Source: Rhodospirillaceae bacterium UBA3470 | GTDB lineage: Bacteria; Pseudomonadota; Alphaproteobacteria; Rhodospirillales; Casp-alpha2 | DNA length: 64,000 bases | NCBI GenBank assembly: GCA_002378125.1 | Contig: DFRF01000041.1 | Coordinates: forward strand, 420-64,419 | Direction of reading: 5' to 3' | Part shown: piece by piece, positions 1 through 9,576 of the stretch | Layout of the letters: each line of letters starts with the position of its first letter | Position numbering within the stretch: position 1 is the first letter of the stretch | The notes under the pieces: model-generated | What the model saw: only the letters and a program-made list of their open reading frames with translations | Told to the model about the DNA's origin: nothing | Databases searched by the model: none | Made by a program: the position numbers and the translations under genes

Positions 1-2
1 CG

Positions 3-428
3 GCGGTGATCGCTAACAAGTTTTCTATTGTTACCACCCTTCCTGTCTCCGTCCCGGCGCTTGAACACTTGGTCTTGCGCTATGGTTTCGAACGCCTTTG
101 CGGGCGGGTAAGGGCGGCCGATATTCCTGTCTTGGACCTTGAAGAAAATACGGAAAATGCAACTCGGCTGATCGCCGCAGAGTTGGAGCGCGCACTTGCG
201 GAAGACGGCGCCGAAGCGATCGTTTTGGGTTGCGCTGGCATGGTTGAACTCAGCCGCAGCCTGACAGAGCGTTACGGCGTTCCAGTTATCGAGGGCGTCG
301 GCGCGGCTGTGAAGCTGGTAGAGGGGCTGGCGGCACTTGGTATTTCGACGTCGCCCCGGGGCGGCTATGCGCCGCCGCGTCAAAAGACCTACTCGGGCGC
401 CTTATCCCACTATTCGCCAGGCGCTTGA
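3..428 (+). CDS. Asp/Glu/hydantoin racemase family protein, C-terminal part (5' end lies outside the window)
   Basis: ORF 6..428 is open to the window edge. The segment AIVLGCAGMVELSRSLTERYGVPVIEGVGAAVKLVEGL is typical of the second Cys-containing half of Asp/Glu/hydantoin racemases. Confidence 0.7.
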   Translation, partial: AVIANKFSIVTTLPVSVPALEHLVLRYGFERLCGRVRAADIPVLDLEENTENATRLIAAELERALAEDGAEAIVLGCAGMVELSRSLTERYGVPVIEGVGAAVKLVEGLAALGISTSPRGGYAPPRQKTYSGALSHYSPGA

Positions 429-451
429 TTCTAAAGGCGCTTCAGAAACAT

Positions 452-682
452 TCAGCATGCGCTGTAAACTTGCCGTATTAGCCTGTGCTCCTCGGTAGCG
501 ATGTATTTTCAGGGTTCGCCCCAGAGCAGTGTTAACATGGCGCCATCGACCACGGCGATGGTGAGGAACGCAGTCGCCGAGATATTCTGGCAGTCAGTGC
601 AGCGGCAGATACTGACCTTGCCCGGTTCCAGTTCGGCCTCAAAGGCGATTTGGCTGCAATGGCAGACGCCGTCAATCTTCAT
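452..682 (-). pseudogene. GFA (glutathione-dependent formaldehyde-activating / CENP-V) family gene, truncated by an in-frame TGA
   Basis: ATG at 682 lies 7 nt after GAAGGAG and 18 nt after the GST stop. MKIDGVCHCSQIAFEAELEPGKVSICRCTDCQ carries the CxC and CxCxxC zinc motifs. A TGA at 509-511 follows ...LLWGEP. The frame continues for 18 more codons (KYIATEEHRLIRQVYSAC) to a second TGA at 452-454, so the C-terminal third of the domain is missing. Confidence 0.55.
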
Positions 683-699
683 CGCTCCGCTCCTTCTTC

Positions 700-1368
700 T
701 TAGAAGTCGAGATCGGCGTAGTGCTTCGCAGGCGCCACGCCCGGGATGTGATCCTCCAATAGGGGCCGGAAGCTCGGTCGGGATTTGACCCGGGCAAACC
801 AGTCCTTGGCGGAGGGATGCTGCTCCCATGGCACATCGCCCAGGTAGTCGACACAGGACAAGTGCGCGGCGGCAGCCAGGTCTGCCAGGCTGATATGGTC
901 GCCGGCGAGCCAGCGGCGGCGGTCAGCCAAGTAGCTGATGTAGTCAAGGTGATGGTGAATGTTGGCGTGGCCGGCGCGGATGGTTTTGGACACGGGCTCG
1001 CCAAGGCCCAGGAAGCGCTTCATAATCTTTTCGTCAACCAGGTTCTTGGTAACCTCGGTGTGAAACTTGTGGTCGAACCAGTAGACAAGGCGACGGGCCT
1101 CGGCGCGCGACACGGCCTGACGGCCAATGAGGGTGGGTTCGGGGTGGGCTTCGTCCAGGAACTCGCAGATGGCGTCGGAGCCCGACAAGGCGGTGCCGTC
1201 GACTTCGATGAGGACAGGGACTTCGCCCGCAGGGTTAAGCTTTAGGAAGGCTTCGTTGCGCACCCACACGGCTTCAGTCTTCAACTGAAAGTCGAGACGC
1301 TTCTCTTCCAGAACAAGGCGCACCTTGCGGCAAAACGGCGAGAGCCAAAGGTGATGGAGGGCCCGCAT
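700..1368 (-). CDS. glutathione S-transferase family protein
   Basis: ORF 700..1437 trimmed to ATG 1368 (AAGGGG 4 nt upstream). It has a thioredoxin-like N-domain (LWLSPFCRKVRLVLEEKRL, GEVPVL) and a helical GST C-domain. Confidence 0.85.
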   Translation of the reverse strand: MRALHHLWLSPFCRKVRLVLEEKRLDFQLKTEAVWVRNEAFLKLNPAGEVPVLIEVDGTALSGSDAICEFLDEAHPEPTLIGRQAVSRAEARRLVYWFDHKFHTEVTKNLVDEKIMKRFLGLGEPVSKTIRAGHANIHHHLDYISYLADRRRWLAGDHISLADLAAAAHLSCVDYLGDVPWEQHPSAKDWFARVKSRPSFRPLLEDHIPGVAPAKHYADLDF

Positions 1369-1571
1369 AAACCCCTTATAGCGTGCGCTTCCAATCTCGA
1401 CAATGAGACCTAAACGGCGCACATTGGGCCGACGCATGCGGCTCCAAAAGCCTAAGATTCAATCGTATATCGCAAACCTTGGATATATGCGTCAGTAATC
1501 TCACCCTAGGCAGGGGAAAAGCATATCCTTATGTTCACGTCACCGATTATCACATACAAGGAGCTTGGATC

Positions 1572-2564
1572 ATGCTGATCCGCCATTCGCGCGCTTCCGA
1601 CGTTCTTTCTTCCGAGATCACGCCGCATTCGGTGCTCCTTAACCGCCGGGAAGTGCTGCGCGCCGCCGCGGCCACCGGAGCCATCGCCGGCCTCAGCCCG
1701 TTTATGCTCTCGAACACGGCCGTTGCTGCCAGCCAGAAGCTACCAAACGTAATAAAAACAAAATGGACAGAACACGCACTCGGCAAGGACGACAAGCTTA
1801 CGCCCTACGATGACGTGACGTCCTACAATAACTTCTATGAGTTTGGCACAGGAAAGGGAGATCCGGCGCGGAACGCCCACACACTTAAGCCCAAGCCCTG
1901 GACCGTGGTGGTCGACGGACACGTCGAAAAGCCCGGCCACTACGACTTCGACGACCTGATCAGGGGCCACGACCTGGAAGAACGGGTCTACCGGTTCCGC
2001 TGCGTAGAGGCCTGGTCCATGGTGATCCCGTGGGTAGGCGTTCCGCTAGTCAAAATCATTAAGCGCCTGGGCGCCACCTCAAACGCCAAGTACGTGGCCT
2101 TCGAGACCCTGGCCGATATAGAGCAGATGCCGGGCCAGCGCTTCGCGACGCTCAAATGGCCCTACCGTGAAGGGCTTCGCATGGATGAGGCCATGAACCC
2201 GCTGACCCTGATGGCCGTTGGGCTTTATGGCAAGGTGATACCAAACCAGAACGGCGCGCCGATCCGCCTGGTAACGCCGTGGAAATACGGCTTCAAGTCC
2301 ATCAAGTCCATCGTCCGGATTTCCTTCACGGAGGAGATGCCACCAACGTCTTGGAACATGTCTGCGCCTCGGGAATACGGCTTCTATTCCAACGTCAACC
2401 CGCTGGTCCATCACCCACGCTGGAGCCAGGCCAAGGAACGGCGTCTGGGTGGGCCGACCAACATCTTCGGCTTCACACCAAAACGCCCGACCCTCATGTT
2501 CAACGGCTACGAAGAAGAAGTCGCTAACATGTACCATGGGATGGATTTGAAACGGAACTACTGA
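1572..2564 (+). CDS. msrP: protein-methionine-sulfoxide reductase catalytic subunit MsrP (YedY-type molybdoenzyme)
   Basis: ORF 1479..2564 trimmed to ATG 1572 (AAGGAG 8 nt upstream). It has a twin-arginine signal ([17 protein letters not shown]) and a YedY-like core ([35 protein letters not shown]). msrQ follows it. Confidence 0.9.
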   Translation: MLIRHSRASDVLSSEITPHSVLLNRREVLRAAAATGAIAGLSPFMLSNTAVAASQKLPNVIKTKWTEHALGKDDKLTPYDDVTSYNNFYEFGTGKGDPARNAHTLKPKPWTVVVDGHVEKPGHYDFDDLIRGHDLEERVYRFRCVEAWSMVIPWVGVPLVKIIKRLGATSNAKYVAFETLADIEQMPGQRFATLKWPYREGLRMDEAMNPLTLMAVGLYGKVIPNQNGAPIRLVTPWKYGFKSIKSIVRISFTEEMPPTSWNMSAPREYGFYSNVNPLVHHPRWSQAKERRLGGPTNIFGFTPKRPTLMFNGYEEEVANMYHGMDLKRNY

Positions 2565-2685
2565 TGACAGGCACCGGCCACAATCCCAGGCGCGAGGGCT
2601 AGGGCTGGCTCGGTTGGCCAGACCGGTATGTCTCAACACGTTTCAACTAAATTCAGATTGAGGATTTTGGCTGTTAAAGATCGCT

Positions 2686-3303
2686 ATGCGGGCTGAAGAC
2701 AAAATTTTCTGGGTGTTCAAGTCCATCATCTGGGCCCTATGCCTGCTACCGCTGGCGTGGCTGATCTGGTTAATCCTCAACCAGGGCCTGACCGCCAACC
2801 CGGCCGAGTTCATGAACCGTTATCTGGGTGAATGGGCGATCCGCATCCTATGGGTGGCGCTGGCGGTGACACCGGTGAAGATTTTGACTGGCTGGAAACA
2901 AGCGCTGCGGTTTCGCCGCCTGATCGGCCTTTTCGCCTCCTTCTATGTGGTCCTGCACGTGACCAGCTACGTGGTGGTGGACCAGTACTTCGACTGGACT
3001 GCCATCTGGAACGACATCGTCAAGCGGGTTTATATCACGGTTGGCATGGCGTCCTTTTTGATCCTGATCGCGCTGGCAGCCACCTCGTGGAGTTCCATAG
3101 TCAAACGCCTCGGCGGTAAAGTCTGGAAAAGGCTACACCAGGGCGTATACCTGGCCGGGATCATGGCGGCCATCCATTTCATCATGATGCGCAAGGGTTT
3201 CCAGATTGAACCATTCATCTACGCAGGCATCCTGGCGGCCCTTCTTGGTACGCGGCTAGTGCCGCATCTTAAGAAACTGAAGAAGAAGGCCGCGGCGGCC
3301 TAG
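2686..3303 (+). CDS. msrQ: protein-methionine-sulfoxide reductase heme-binding subunit MsrQ (YedZ)
   Basis: A 205 aa polytopic membrane protein with conserved His residues in TM helices (VVLHVTSY, AAIHFIMM), located directly downstream of msrP. Confidence 0.85.
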   Translation: MRAEDKIFWVFKSIIWALCLLPLAWLIWLILNQGLTANPAEFMNRYLGEWAIRILWVALAVTPVKILTGWKQALRFRRLIGLFASFYVVLHVTSYVVVDQYFDWTAIWNDIVKRVYITVGMASFLILIALAATSWSSIVKRLGGKVWKRLHQGVYLAGIMAAIHFIMMRKGFQIEPFIYAGILAALLGTRLVPHLKKLKKKAAAA

Positions 3304-3665
3304 CAGATGCGCCGCGCCCGACTGACGCAGGTCCAGACGCACTTCATCCTCGCCGAAGCGCAACGGCAAGTCCGGTGCCCAACGTCAGAGCGCCGGGGCG
3401 ACCGCGGGGCAGGACGTTACCTTCGCCGCGGCAATGGCCCAGGGCGGCGACTTCGAATTCGTGGGAATCAAAGAAAAGCTTGCGCGTTCCGCGAGGCGTT
3501 CGGTCCCCCCGTTCTAGACGACGAGAGATTGAAATTCTTTTCCAGCGAAAGCATAGCGGCTCGGACGTTAAGGTTGCGTTGCCGGCATGCATTCGGCCAT
3601 TGATCCCCCGGCCCGCTAGGCTATCATTCACGTGATTAGCGACCGCTCACAAACGAGGCCCGACC

Positions 3666-3845
3666 ATGTCCGCCCCCGAAGTCATTGAAGTTGAGAGAAA
3701 GCGCGTTGCCTGTGATGGCGGTGGCGGCACGCTGGGGCATCCAAAAATCTACCTGGAGATGGGTGCAGCCAACGAAGTTATCTGCCCCTACTGCTCGCGC
3801 CGGTTCGTGTTTAAAGAACGCACGGTGGTCGACGCCGAGGGCTAA
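3666..3845 (+). CDS. zinc-finger (zf-CHCC, NDUFS6-like) domain protein, 59 aa
   Basis: Absent from the ORF track because it is under 60 aa. My translation is MSAPEVIEVERKRVACDGGGGTLGHPKIYLEMGAANEVICPYCSRRFVFKERTVVDAEG. The C-x-GHP...CPYC pattern is characteristic of small alphaproteobacterial zf-CHCC proteins. The overlapping 163 aa minus-strand ORF looks non-coding. Confidence 0.75.
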   Translation: MSAPEVIEVERKRVACDGGGGTLGHPKIYLEMGAANEVICPYCSRRFVFKERTVVDAEG

Positions 3846-4183
3846 GATCGCACGCTTCCTTTTATTAGTGAATTCAGCCGTCCTTTGGTAGCGGAAACTC
3901 GACTTTTCGACTCGACTAGCTTCCAGTGGTCGCTGGTGGCCATCATGCAGGTACGCGCCTTGATGGGGCCTCGAGATCACCCTCGCGGTACCGTAAGAAG
4001 GTTGAAAGCTCGAACTTCGTGGGAGAAACGCCACGGACCCGTTGATAGGAGATAACTCGCTATATTTCTGTTTTATTCCGGCTCGATCAGGACGCCGGAA
4101 GGGAGTATTCTGACCCCCACGGTCCAAACGGTCCGGCCTTTCGCCACCGGCGGCACATCGCCGTCGTACCCACGGGAGCCATC

Positions 4184-6952
4184 ATGACAAACCAGCCTAA
4201 ACACTTATACCTCATTGATGGATCAGGCTTCCTGTTCCGCGCCTTCCATGCGTTGCCACCCATGACCCGGGACGACGGGACGCCGGTGAATGCCGTTTTC
4301 GGGTTCACGAAAATGGTCATGAAGCTGATCGACGACACAGACGCAGACTACATCGCCGTGATCTTTGACCGCGCGCGCAAGACCTTCCGCTCCAAGATCT
4401 ACGCCGATTATAAGGCGAACAGACCGCCACCACCGGACGAGCTGATTCCACAGTTTCAGCTGGTCCGCAATGCCACCGAGGCCTTGAACGTCCCGGCCAT
4501 CGACATGGATGGGTTTGAGGCCGATGACCTAATCGCTACCTACGCCCGCCAGGCCGCCGAGGCCGGCGCGGAGGTTACCATCGTATCCTCCGACAAGGAT
4601 CTCATGCAGCTGGTCACCGACAAGGTCACAATGTTGGACGCCATGAAGAACCGGGTCATTGGCCACGAACAGGTGGTGGAAAAGTTCGGCGTCGGACCGG
4701 GTCGGGTTGTCGACGTGCAGTCGCTCGCCGGTGACAGCACCGACAACGTCCCCGGCGTCCAGGGTATCGGCGTAAAAACGGCAGCCCAGTTGATCAACGA
4801 ATACGGCGATCTGGACTCGCTCTTGGCCAACGCCGAGAAAATCAAACAGCCGAAACGCCGCCAGCGGCTCATCGAACAGGCCGACATGGCCCGCATGTCG
4901 CGCGAGCTGGTGCGCCTAGATCAAAACGTACCAGTTACCGAGGCCTGGGAGAGCTTCGCCGTCAAATCACCGGATCCAAACGTGTTGTTGCCGTTCCTAA
5001 GGGAGCAGAAATTTCGCTCTCTGGTGTCCACCATGGAGGCACGCCTGGGCGTGGAACCAGGCGACAGGGTTGCGGGCGGCAGCGGCGATGCGGGGTTGGA
5101 CGAGGCGTCCTATGAGCTGGTCCAGACGGAGGGCGCCCTGAAGGCCTGGATCGCCGAGGCGGACGAGGCCGGTGCGGTGGCGGTGGACACAGAAACGACC
5201 AGTCTTAATTCCATGCAGGCGGAACTGGTGGGCGTGTCGCTCGCAGTGACGACTGGTCGGGCATGTTACATCCCACTCGGACACAAGGCTGCCGACGCCG
5301 GCATCACGGGCGACCTTTTGTGCGAGGCCGAAAGCACGCCCTCACCGGAACAGGTGGGCATGGACCGGGCCCTAGGCCTGCTCAGACCCCTGTTAGAGGA
5401 CCCGGCGGTCCTGAAAATTGGCCAGAACATAAAGTACGACAAACAGGTGTTGGTTCGCTACGGCATCAATGTTGCTCCCATCGACGACACTATGCTGATC
5501 TCTTACGTCTTGGAGGGCGGCCTGCACGGCCACGGCATGGACGAACTGGCCCGTGACACGCTGGGTATCGAGACAATCAAATTCAAGGATGTGGCCGGCA
5601 CCGGTAAGTCGCAGATCACCTTCGATCGCGTGGCGCTAGACAAAGCCCTCGATTACGCCGCCGAGGACGCGGACATTACGCTTCGGCTGCACAAGGCTCT
5701 CAAGCCGCGCTTGGCCCAGGAACATGTGGTGACAGTTTATGAGACCTTAGAGCGTCCCTTGGTCCCCATCCTAGACGCCATGGAACGCGAAGGCATCAAG
5801 GTCGACGCCCAGGAACTGAAACGCCTCTCAGATGACTTTGGCAGGCGTATGGTCGATCTCGAAGAAGATGCCTACAAGCTGGCCGGCCGGGAGTTCAACG
5901 TTGGCTCGCCGAAACAACTGGGCGAAATTCTGTTCGATGAGATGGGGATCGAGGGTGGCAAGAAAGGTAAGACCGGGGCATATTCTACCGGTGCCGATGT
6001 ACTGGAAGGCTTGGCTGCTGAGGGCCATGACCTGGCTAAGACCATCTTAGAGTTTCGCCAACTCTCCAAACTCAAGAGTACCTACACGGATGCCTTGACG
6101 GCGGCCATCAATCCGCAGACAGGCCGCGTACACACCTCCTACAGCCAGGCGGCCACGTCGACCGGACGGCTCGCGTCGACGGACCCGAACCTGCAGAATA
6201 TCCCCGTGCGCACGGCGGAAGGCCGCAAAATCCGCAAAGCCTTCGTCCCGGAGAAGGGCCATGTATTGGTCTCGGCCGACTATTCCCAGATCGAACTCCG
6301 GATTCTTGCCCACGTGGCTGGTATCGACGCCTTGAAACAGGCCTTTCATGATGGCCAGGACATCCACGCACTTACGGCCTCCCAGGTCTTCGGCGAACCC
6401 ATTGAGGGCATGGACCCTATTACACGGCGGAAGGCAAAAGCCATCAACTTCGGTATCATCTACGGCATCTCTGCCTTCGGCCTGGCGCGACAGCTGGGCA
6501 TACCCAACAGCGAGGCGAAGGCCTACATCGATGCCTACTTCGACAAGTATCCAGGCATCAAGGCTTACATGGAACGCACCAAGACACAGGCCCGCGAGGA
6601 AGGCTTCGTAACTACGCTCTTCGGACGCAAATGCCACACCAAGGGCATCAACGACCGCAACCCCAACATGCGGGGCTTCGCCGAAAGGGCTGCCATCAAC
6701 GCGCCGATCCAGGGCGGTGCCGCGGACATTATCAAACGCGCTATGATCCAGGTGCCCGGTGCGCTCACAGACGCCGGGCTTAAGGCCCAGATGCTCCTGC
6801 AAGTGCATGACGAACTGATATTCGAGGCGCCCAAAGCGGAAGCCAAAGACACCATCAATGTGGTCAGAGCGGCCATGGAAGGGGCGGCGCATTTGGACGT
6901 GCCGTTGGTGGTGGATGCAGGTACAGGCATGAGCTGGGACGAAGCCCACTAG
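4184..6952 (+). CDS. polA: DNA polymerase I
   Basis: 922 aa. It has the 5'-3' exonuclease N-terminus (LYLIDGSGFLFRAFHA), the 3'-5' exonuclease motif (VAVDTETTSL) and polymerase motifs A (LVSADYSQIELRILAH), B (RRKAKAINFGIIYG) and C (LLQVHDELIFE). Confidence 0.97.
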   Translation: MTNQPKHLYLIDGSGFLFRAFHALPPMTRDDGTPVNAVFGFTKMVMKLIDDTDADYIAVIFDRARKTFRSKIYADYKANRPPPPDELIPQFQLVRNATEALNVPAIDMDGFEADDLIATYARQAAEAGAEVTIVSSDKDLMQLVTDKVTMLDAMKNRVIGHEQVVEKFGVGPGRVVDVQSLAGDSTDNVPGVQGIGVKTAAQLINEYGDLDSLLANAEKIKQPKRRQRLIEQADMARMSRELVRLDQNVPVTEAWESFAVKSPDPNVLLPFLREQKFRSLVSTMEARLGVEPGDRVAGGSGDAGLDEASYELVQTEGALKAWIAEADEAGAVAVDTETTSLNSMQAELVGVSLAVTTGRACYIPLGHKAADAGITGDLLCEAESTPSPEQVGMDRALGLLRPLLEDPAVLKIGQNIKYDKQVLVRYGINVAPIDDTMLISYVLEGGLHGHGMDELARDTLGIETIKFKDVAGTGKSQITFDRVALDKALDYAAEDADITLRLHKALKPRLAQEHVVTVYETLERPLVPILDAMEREGIKVDAQELKRLSDDFGRRMVDLEEDAYKLAGREFNVGSPKQLGEILFDEMGIEGGKKGKTGAYSTGADVLEGLAAEGHDLAKTILEFRQLSKLKSTYTDALTAAINPQTGRVHTSYSQAATSTGRLASTDPNLQNIPVRTAEGRKIRKAFVPEKGHVLVSADYSQIELRILAHVAGIDALKQAFHDGQDIHALTASQVFGEPIEGMDPITRRKAKAINFGIIYGISAFGLARQLGIPNSEAKAYIDAYFDKYPGIKAYMERTKTQAREEGFVTTLFGRKCHTKGINDRNPNMRGFAERAAINAPIQGGAADIIKRAMIQVPGALTDAGLKAQMLLQVHDELIFEAPKAEAKDTINVVRAAMEGAAHLDVPLVVDAGTGMSWDEAH

Positions 6953-7039
6953 GGTGCTAAACACCGGAGCTGTTCTTACCTTCTCACCCGGCTGCGCCTA
7001 AATTGCCGGCAACTTTGTCCCCATGGCGAAAGCAAAAAT

Positions 7040-7223
7040 CTCCGCCCTTGATTGGGACGTATGGCGCCACGCTCCACACCCGAAGGTGCGGCGGACACTT
7101 TTCATGCGGCGGTACTGAACGCCGACGGCGCGCCGAGGCGAGAAGACGGCCTACTACGGCGCATTCAACTTAGACCTCGACGGCAACAAGTTTAAGGCTG
7201 TCACCTTCCCCAGCGTCCATTAA
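7040..7223 (+). pseudogene. VOC (glyoxalase/bleomycin-resistance) family gene relic, frameshifted and N-terminally truncated
   Basis: Three frames together read ...GATLHT / PEGAADTFHAAVLNADGAP / RGEKTAYYGAFNLDLDGNKFKAVTFPSVH*. This matches the C-terminal half of VOC proteins (H.AF, FHaaAl..GG, YYgAF..DPDGN..EAV) but needs at least two frameshifts. Confidence 0.5.
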
Positions 7224-7510
7224 CAGCTCGCCGTCACAATCTGTTCAGGTGCGGCATTTTCGGCCACGGCCGGCGACTGAAACATCTGCTTGAACAGGAT
7301 AAAGGTCTGGCCATCTATCTACATGGTTCGGGCAGCGGTGGTGTAGACAGCTGGGTCGGACGCTCGTTCCGTATAGCCAACGAATTCCCTGGGCGCATCC
7401 GTAACATTGCTCAGGAAAACGCAGTTTTCGGCCGACTAGAACAGGGGAACTGGAGCAATAATCCGGGCAAACATGGGCTTTCCTTTCGTTACATCCGCTC
7501 GACGCACCAT
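7220..7510 (-). pseudogene. decayed ORF with two in-frame TAG codons (possible DUF1428/YbaA-like relic)
   Basis: One minus-strand frame reads KGKPMFARIIAPVPLF*SAENCVFLSNVTDAPREFVGYTERASDPAVYTTAARTM*IDGQTFILFKQMFQSPAVAENAAPEQIVTASC*. The composition is protein-like, but TAG codons interrupt it at 7436-7438 and 7319-7321. Confidence 0.3.
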
Positions 7511-7589
7511 GAAAGGCAGAAGCAGCGAGATTTTGTCCCGGACAAGGTAACTTTTTAGCACGCCTTGACAGGGGGGCATCCGCAGGCGC

Positions 7590-8588
7590 ATGTGCCTGGT
7601 CATGCGCTTCTTCCAGCCGACCACAAATCCCAATAATGCCGTGGAAGTCCGTGGTCTAAAGAAAATCTACGCCTCAAGCGAGAAATCCGCACCCAAGGAT
7701 GCTTTGAAGGACATCAATCTGACCATTCCGAAAGGCTCTTTCTTTGCCTTGTTGGGGCCAAACGGGGCGGGCAAGTCCACCTTCATCAACATCCTGGCCG
7801 GCCTGGTCGTGAAAACGGCCGGCGAAGCGAAGGTTTGGGGTTACGACATCATCGACGATATGCGTGCAGCCCGGCGCTGTATCGGCGTGGTCCCCCAGGA
7901 ACTGAACTTGGACGCTTTCTTCACGCCGCGCGAGGTCCTCGACCTGCAGGCCGGACTGTTCGGAATCCCCGAAAACGCCCGGCGCACCGACGAGATTTTG
8001 GAAGCCGTCGGCCTGGCGGACAAGGCGAATGCCTATGCCCGTTCATTGTCGGGCGGTATGCGCCGAAGGCTCCTGGTGGGCAAGGCCATGGTTCATTCAC
8101 CGCCGGTGCTGATCCTGGATGAACCGTCGGCAGGCGTCGACGTGGACCTGCGCCGTCAGCTCTGGAGCCATGTGAAGGCGCTGAACACTTCGGGTACGAC
8201 GGTGCTGCTGACCACGCACTACCTGGAAGAGGCCGAGGCCATGTGCGACACCATCGGCATCATCAACCACGGTCAACTCATTGCCTGCGAGAAGACGCCG
8301 GACCTTTTGGGCCGGCTTGATTCAAAACAGATGGTGATCACCGTCGACCAGCATTTGGATGCGGTGCCCAAGGCCCTGACCGCCTTCGCCACCGAACTTC
8401 GCGATGCGCGCGTCCTGCAGATATCCTTCCCGCCCAGCCGGGTCAACGCCGGTCAGGTTTTGGCCGCTGTGAGCGATGCCGGCCTGAGCGTCGTCGACGT
8501 GGTCACCCGCGAGGCGGACCTGGAGGACATCTTCGTCAATCTGACCCACGCCGATAACATGGCCGGGACGGTGCAGGCCTCCACGTGA
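7590..8588 (+). CDS. ABC transporter ATP-binding protein (ABC-2 exporter type)
   Basis: Walker A GPNGAGKST, signature LSGGMRRR and Walker B VLILDEPSAGVD are present, with a C-terminal extension typical of YadG/NatA-like ATPases. The start could instead be ATG 7602. Confidence 0.9.
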   Translation: MCLVMRFFQPTTNPNNAVEVRGLKKIYASSEKSAPKDALKDINLTIPKGSFFALLGPNGAGKSTFINILAGLVVKTAGEAKVWGYDIIDDMRAARRCIGVVPQELNLDAFFTPREVLDLQAGLFGIPENARRTDEILEAVGLADKANAYARSLSGGMRRRLLVGKAMVHSPPVLILDEPSAGVDVDLRRQLWSHVKALNTSGTTVLLTTHYLEEAEAMCDTIGIINHGQLIACEKTPDLLGRLDSKQMVITVDQHLDAVPKALTAFATELRDARVLQISFPPSRVNAGQVLAAVSDAGLSVVDVVTREADLEDIFVNLTHADNMAGTVQAST

Positions 8589-9574
8589 GGTGCGGCCTGA
8601 CCGCGCTGACGCTTGTGGGCCTTTTGTCAGCCTGCGCACCGCGAATCCTGGAGCCCGGGCCTGAGACGGTAACGCCCCATCTGACCGACACCGCCTTTAT
8701 TACCGCCGACGGCACGGCTCTGCCGCTCCATACTTGGTGGCCGGTGAGCAAACCCCGGGCAGTGATCCTCGCGCTCCACGGATTTAACGATTACGGCCAT
8801 TTCTTCGACGGTCCGGGAGATTTCCTGGCACTCAGCGGGATCGCATCCTACGCCTATGACCAGCGCGGGTTCGGCGGCGCATCAAACCTGGGCACCTGGG
8901 CAGGTGTGGCAGCCTATGCGCGCGACGCAGTTCAGGCGGTCCGCGCCGTGAAACAACGCCACCCGGACCTACCGCTTTATCTACACGGCTCCTCCATGGG
9001 CGGGGCCGTCGCCATACTGGCCGCCAACGAGCCTAACGCACCTCCCGTGAACGGCGTAATCCTAGCGGCCCCGGCCATCTGGGCTCGCACCACCATGCCT
9101 TGGTATCAGCGTCTAGCGCTTTGGATAGGCGCGCATTTAGCCCCGGAGATGGCCCTGACGGAGCGCGGACTGGGCATTGTGCCTTCCGATAACTATGAGA
9201 TGCTGGTCCGCCTTAATCAAGATCCACTAATAATCAAACAAACCCGTATCGGCACCATCTACGGCCTGGTGAACCTGATGGATGCGGCCTTGGCCGCGGC
9301 GCCGGGCCTGACAACGCCGACACTAATTCTCTATGGCGAAAATGATGAGATCATTCCCAAGGCCCCAATCCGACGCATGCTGGAAACCCTGCCAGCCAAT
9401 CGCTACCGCATCGCAATTTATAAAGAGGGATTCCACATGCTGCTGAGGGACCTTCAGGCTGCCACCGTCTGGAAGGACATGGCCGCCTGGATCATCAACC
9501 GGACCGCGCCCTTGCCCTCAAAGGCAGATCGGAGCAGTTTGGAGACACTTGGGATGAAAGAGGTACGACGCTGA
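8585..9574 (+). CDS. alpha/beta hydrolase (lysophospholipase / monoacylglycerol lipase-like) lipoprotein
   Basis: The GTG start overlaps the ABC gene stop (GTGA). It has a lipobox (LVGLLSAC), HGFNDYG, and the nucleophile elbow GSSMGG. Confidence 0.85.
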   Translation: MRCGLTALTLVGLLSACAPRILEPGPETVTPHLTDTAFITADGTALPLHTWWPVSKPRAVILALHGFNDYGHFFDGPGDFLALSGIASYAYDQRGFGGASNLGTWAGVAAYARDAVQAVRAVKQRHPDLPLYLHGSSMGGAVAILAANEPNAPPVNGVILAAPAIWARTTMPWYQRLALWIGAHLAPEMALTERGLGIVPSDNYEMLVRLNQDPLIIKQTRIGTIYGLVNLMDAALAAAPGLTTPTLILYGENDEIIPKAPIRRMLETLPANRYRIAIYKEGFHMLLRDLQAATVWKDMAAWIINRTAPLPSKADRSSLETLGMKEVRR

Positions 9575-9576
9575 CC

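Noticed and set aside
509-511. The in-frame TGA in the GFA gene, considered as a possible selenocysteine codon
   Set aside because: The position is not a Cys/Sec site of the family. No SECIS-like hairpin follows it. A second stop and loss of the C-terminal domain argue for decay.
4004-4018. T-arm-like GAAGTTCGAGCTTTC on the minus strand, considered as part of a tRNA or a two-piece tmRNA
   Set aside because: There is no acceptor stem, anticodon arm, CCA-proximal pairing or tag-peptide reading frame (no ANDN-type codons) nearby.
4087-4113. CAGGACGCCGGAAGGGAGTATTCTGA resembles the SRP RNA domain IV GGAA tetraloop region
   Set aside because: The conserved AGCA/GGAAGCAGC asymmetric-loop residues are absent, and the flanking helix does not pair like 4.5S RNA.
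3636-4127. 163 aa minus-strand ORF across the zf-CHCC gene and the polA leader
   Set aside because: The composition is not protein-like and there is no RBS. The opposite strand encodes a clearly recognisable zinc-finger protein.
6047-6964. 305 aa ORF antisense to the 3' end of polA
   Set aside because: It lies fully inside a well-supported gene and has an Arg/Gly/His-rich low-complexity composition. This is the usual long antisense frame seen in GC-rich coding DNA.
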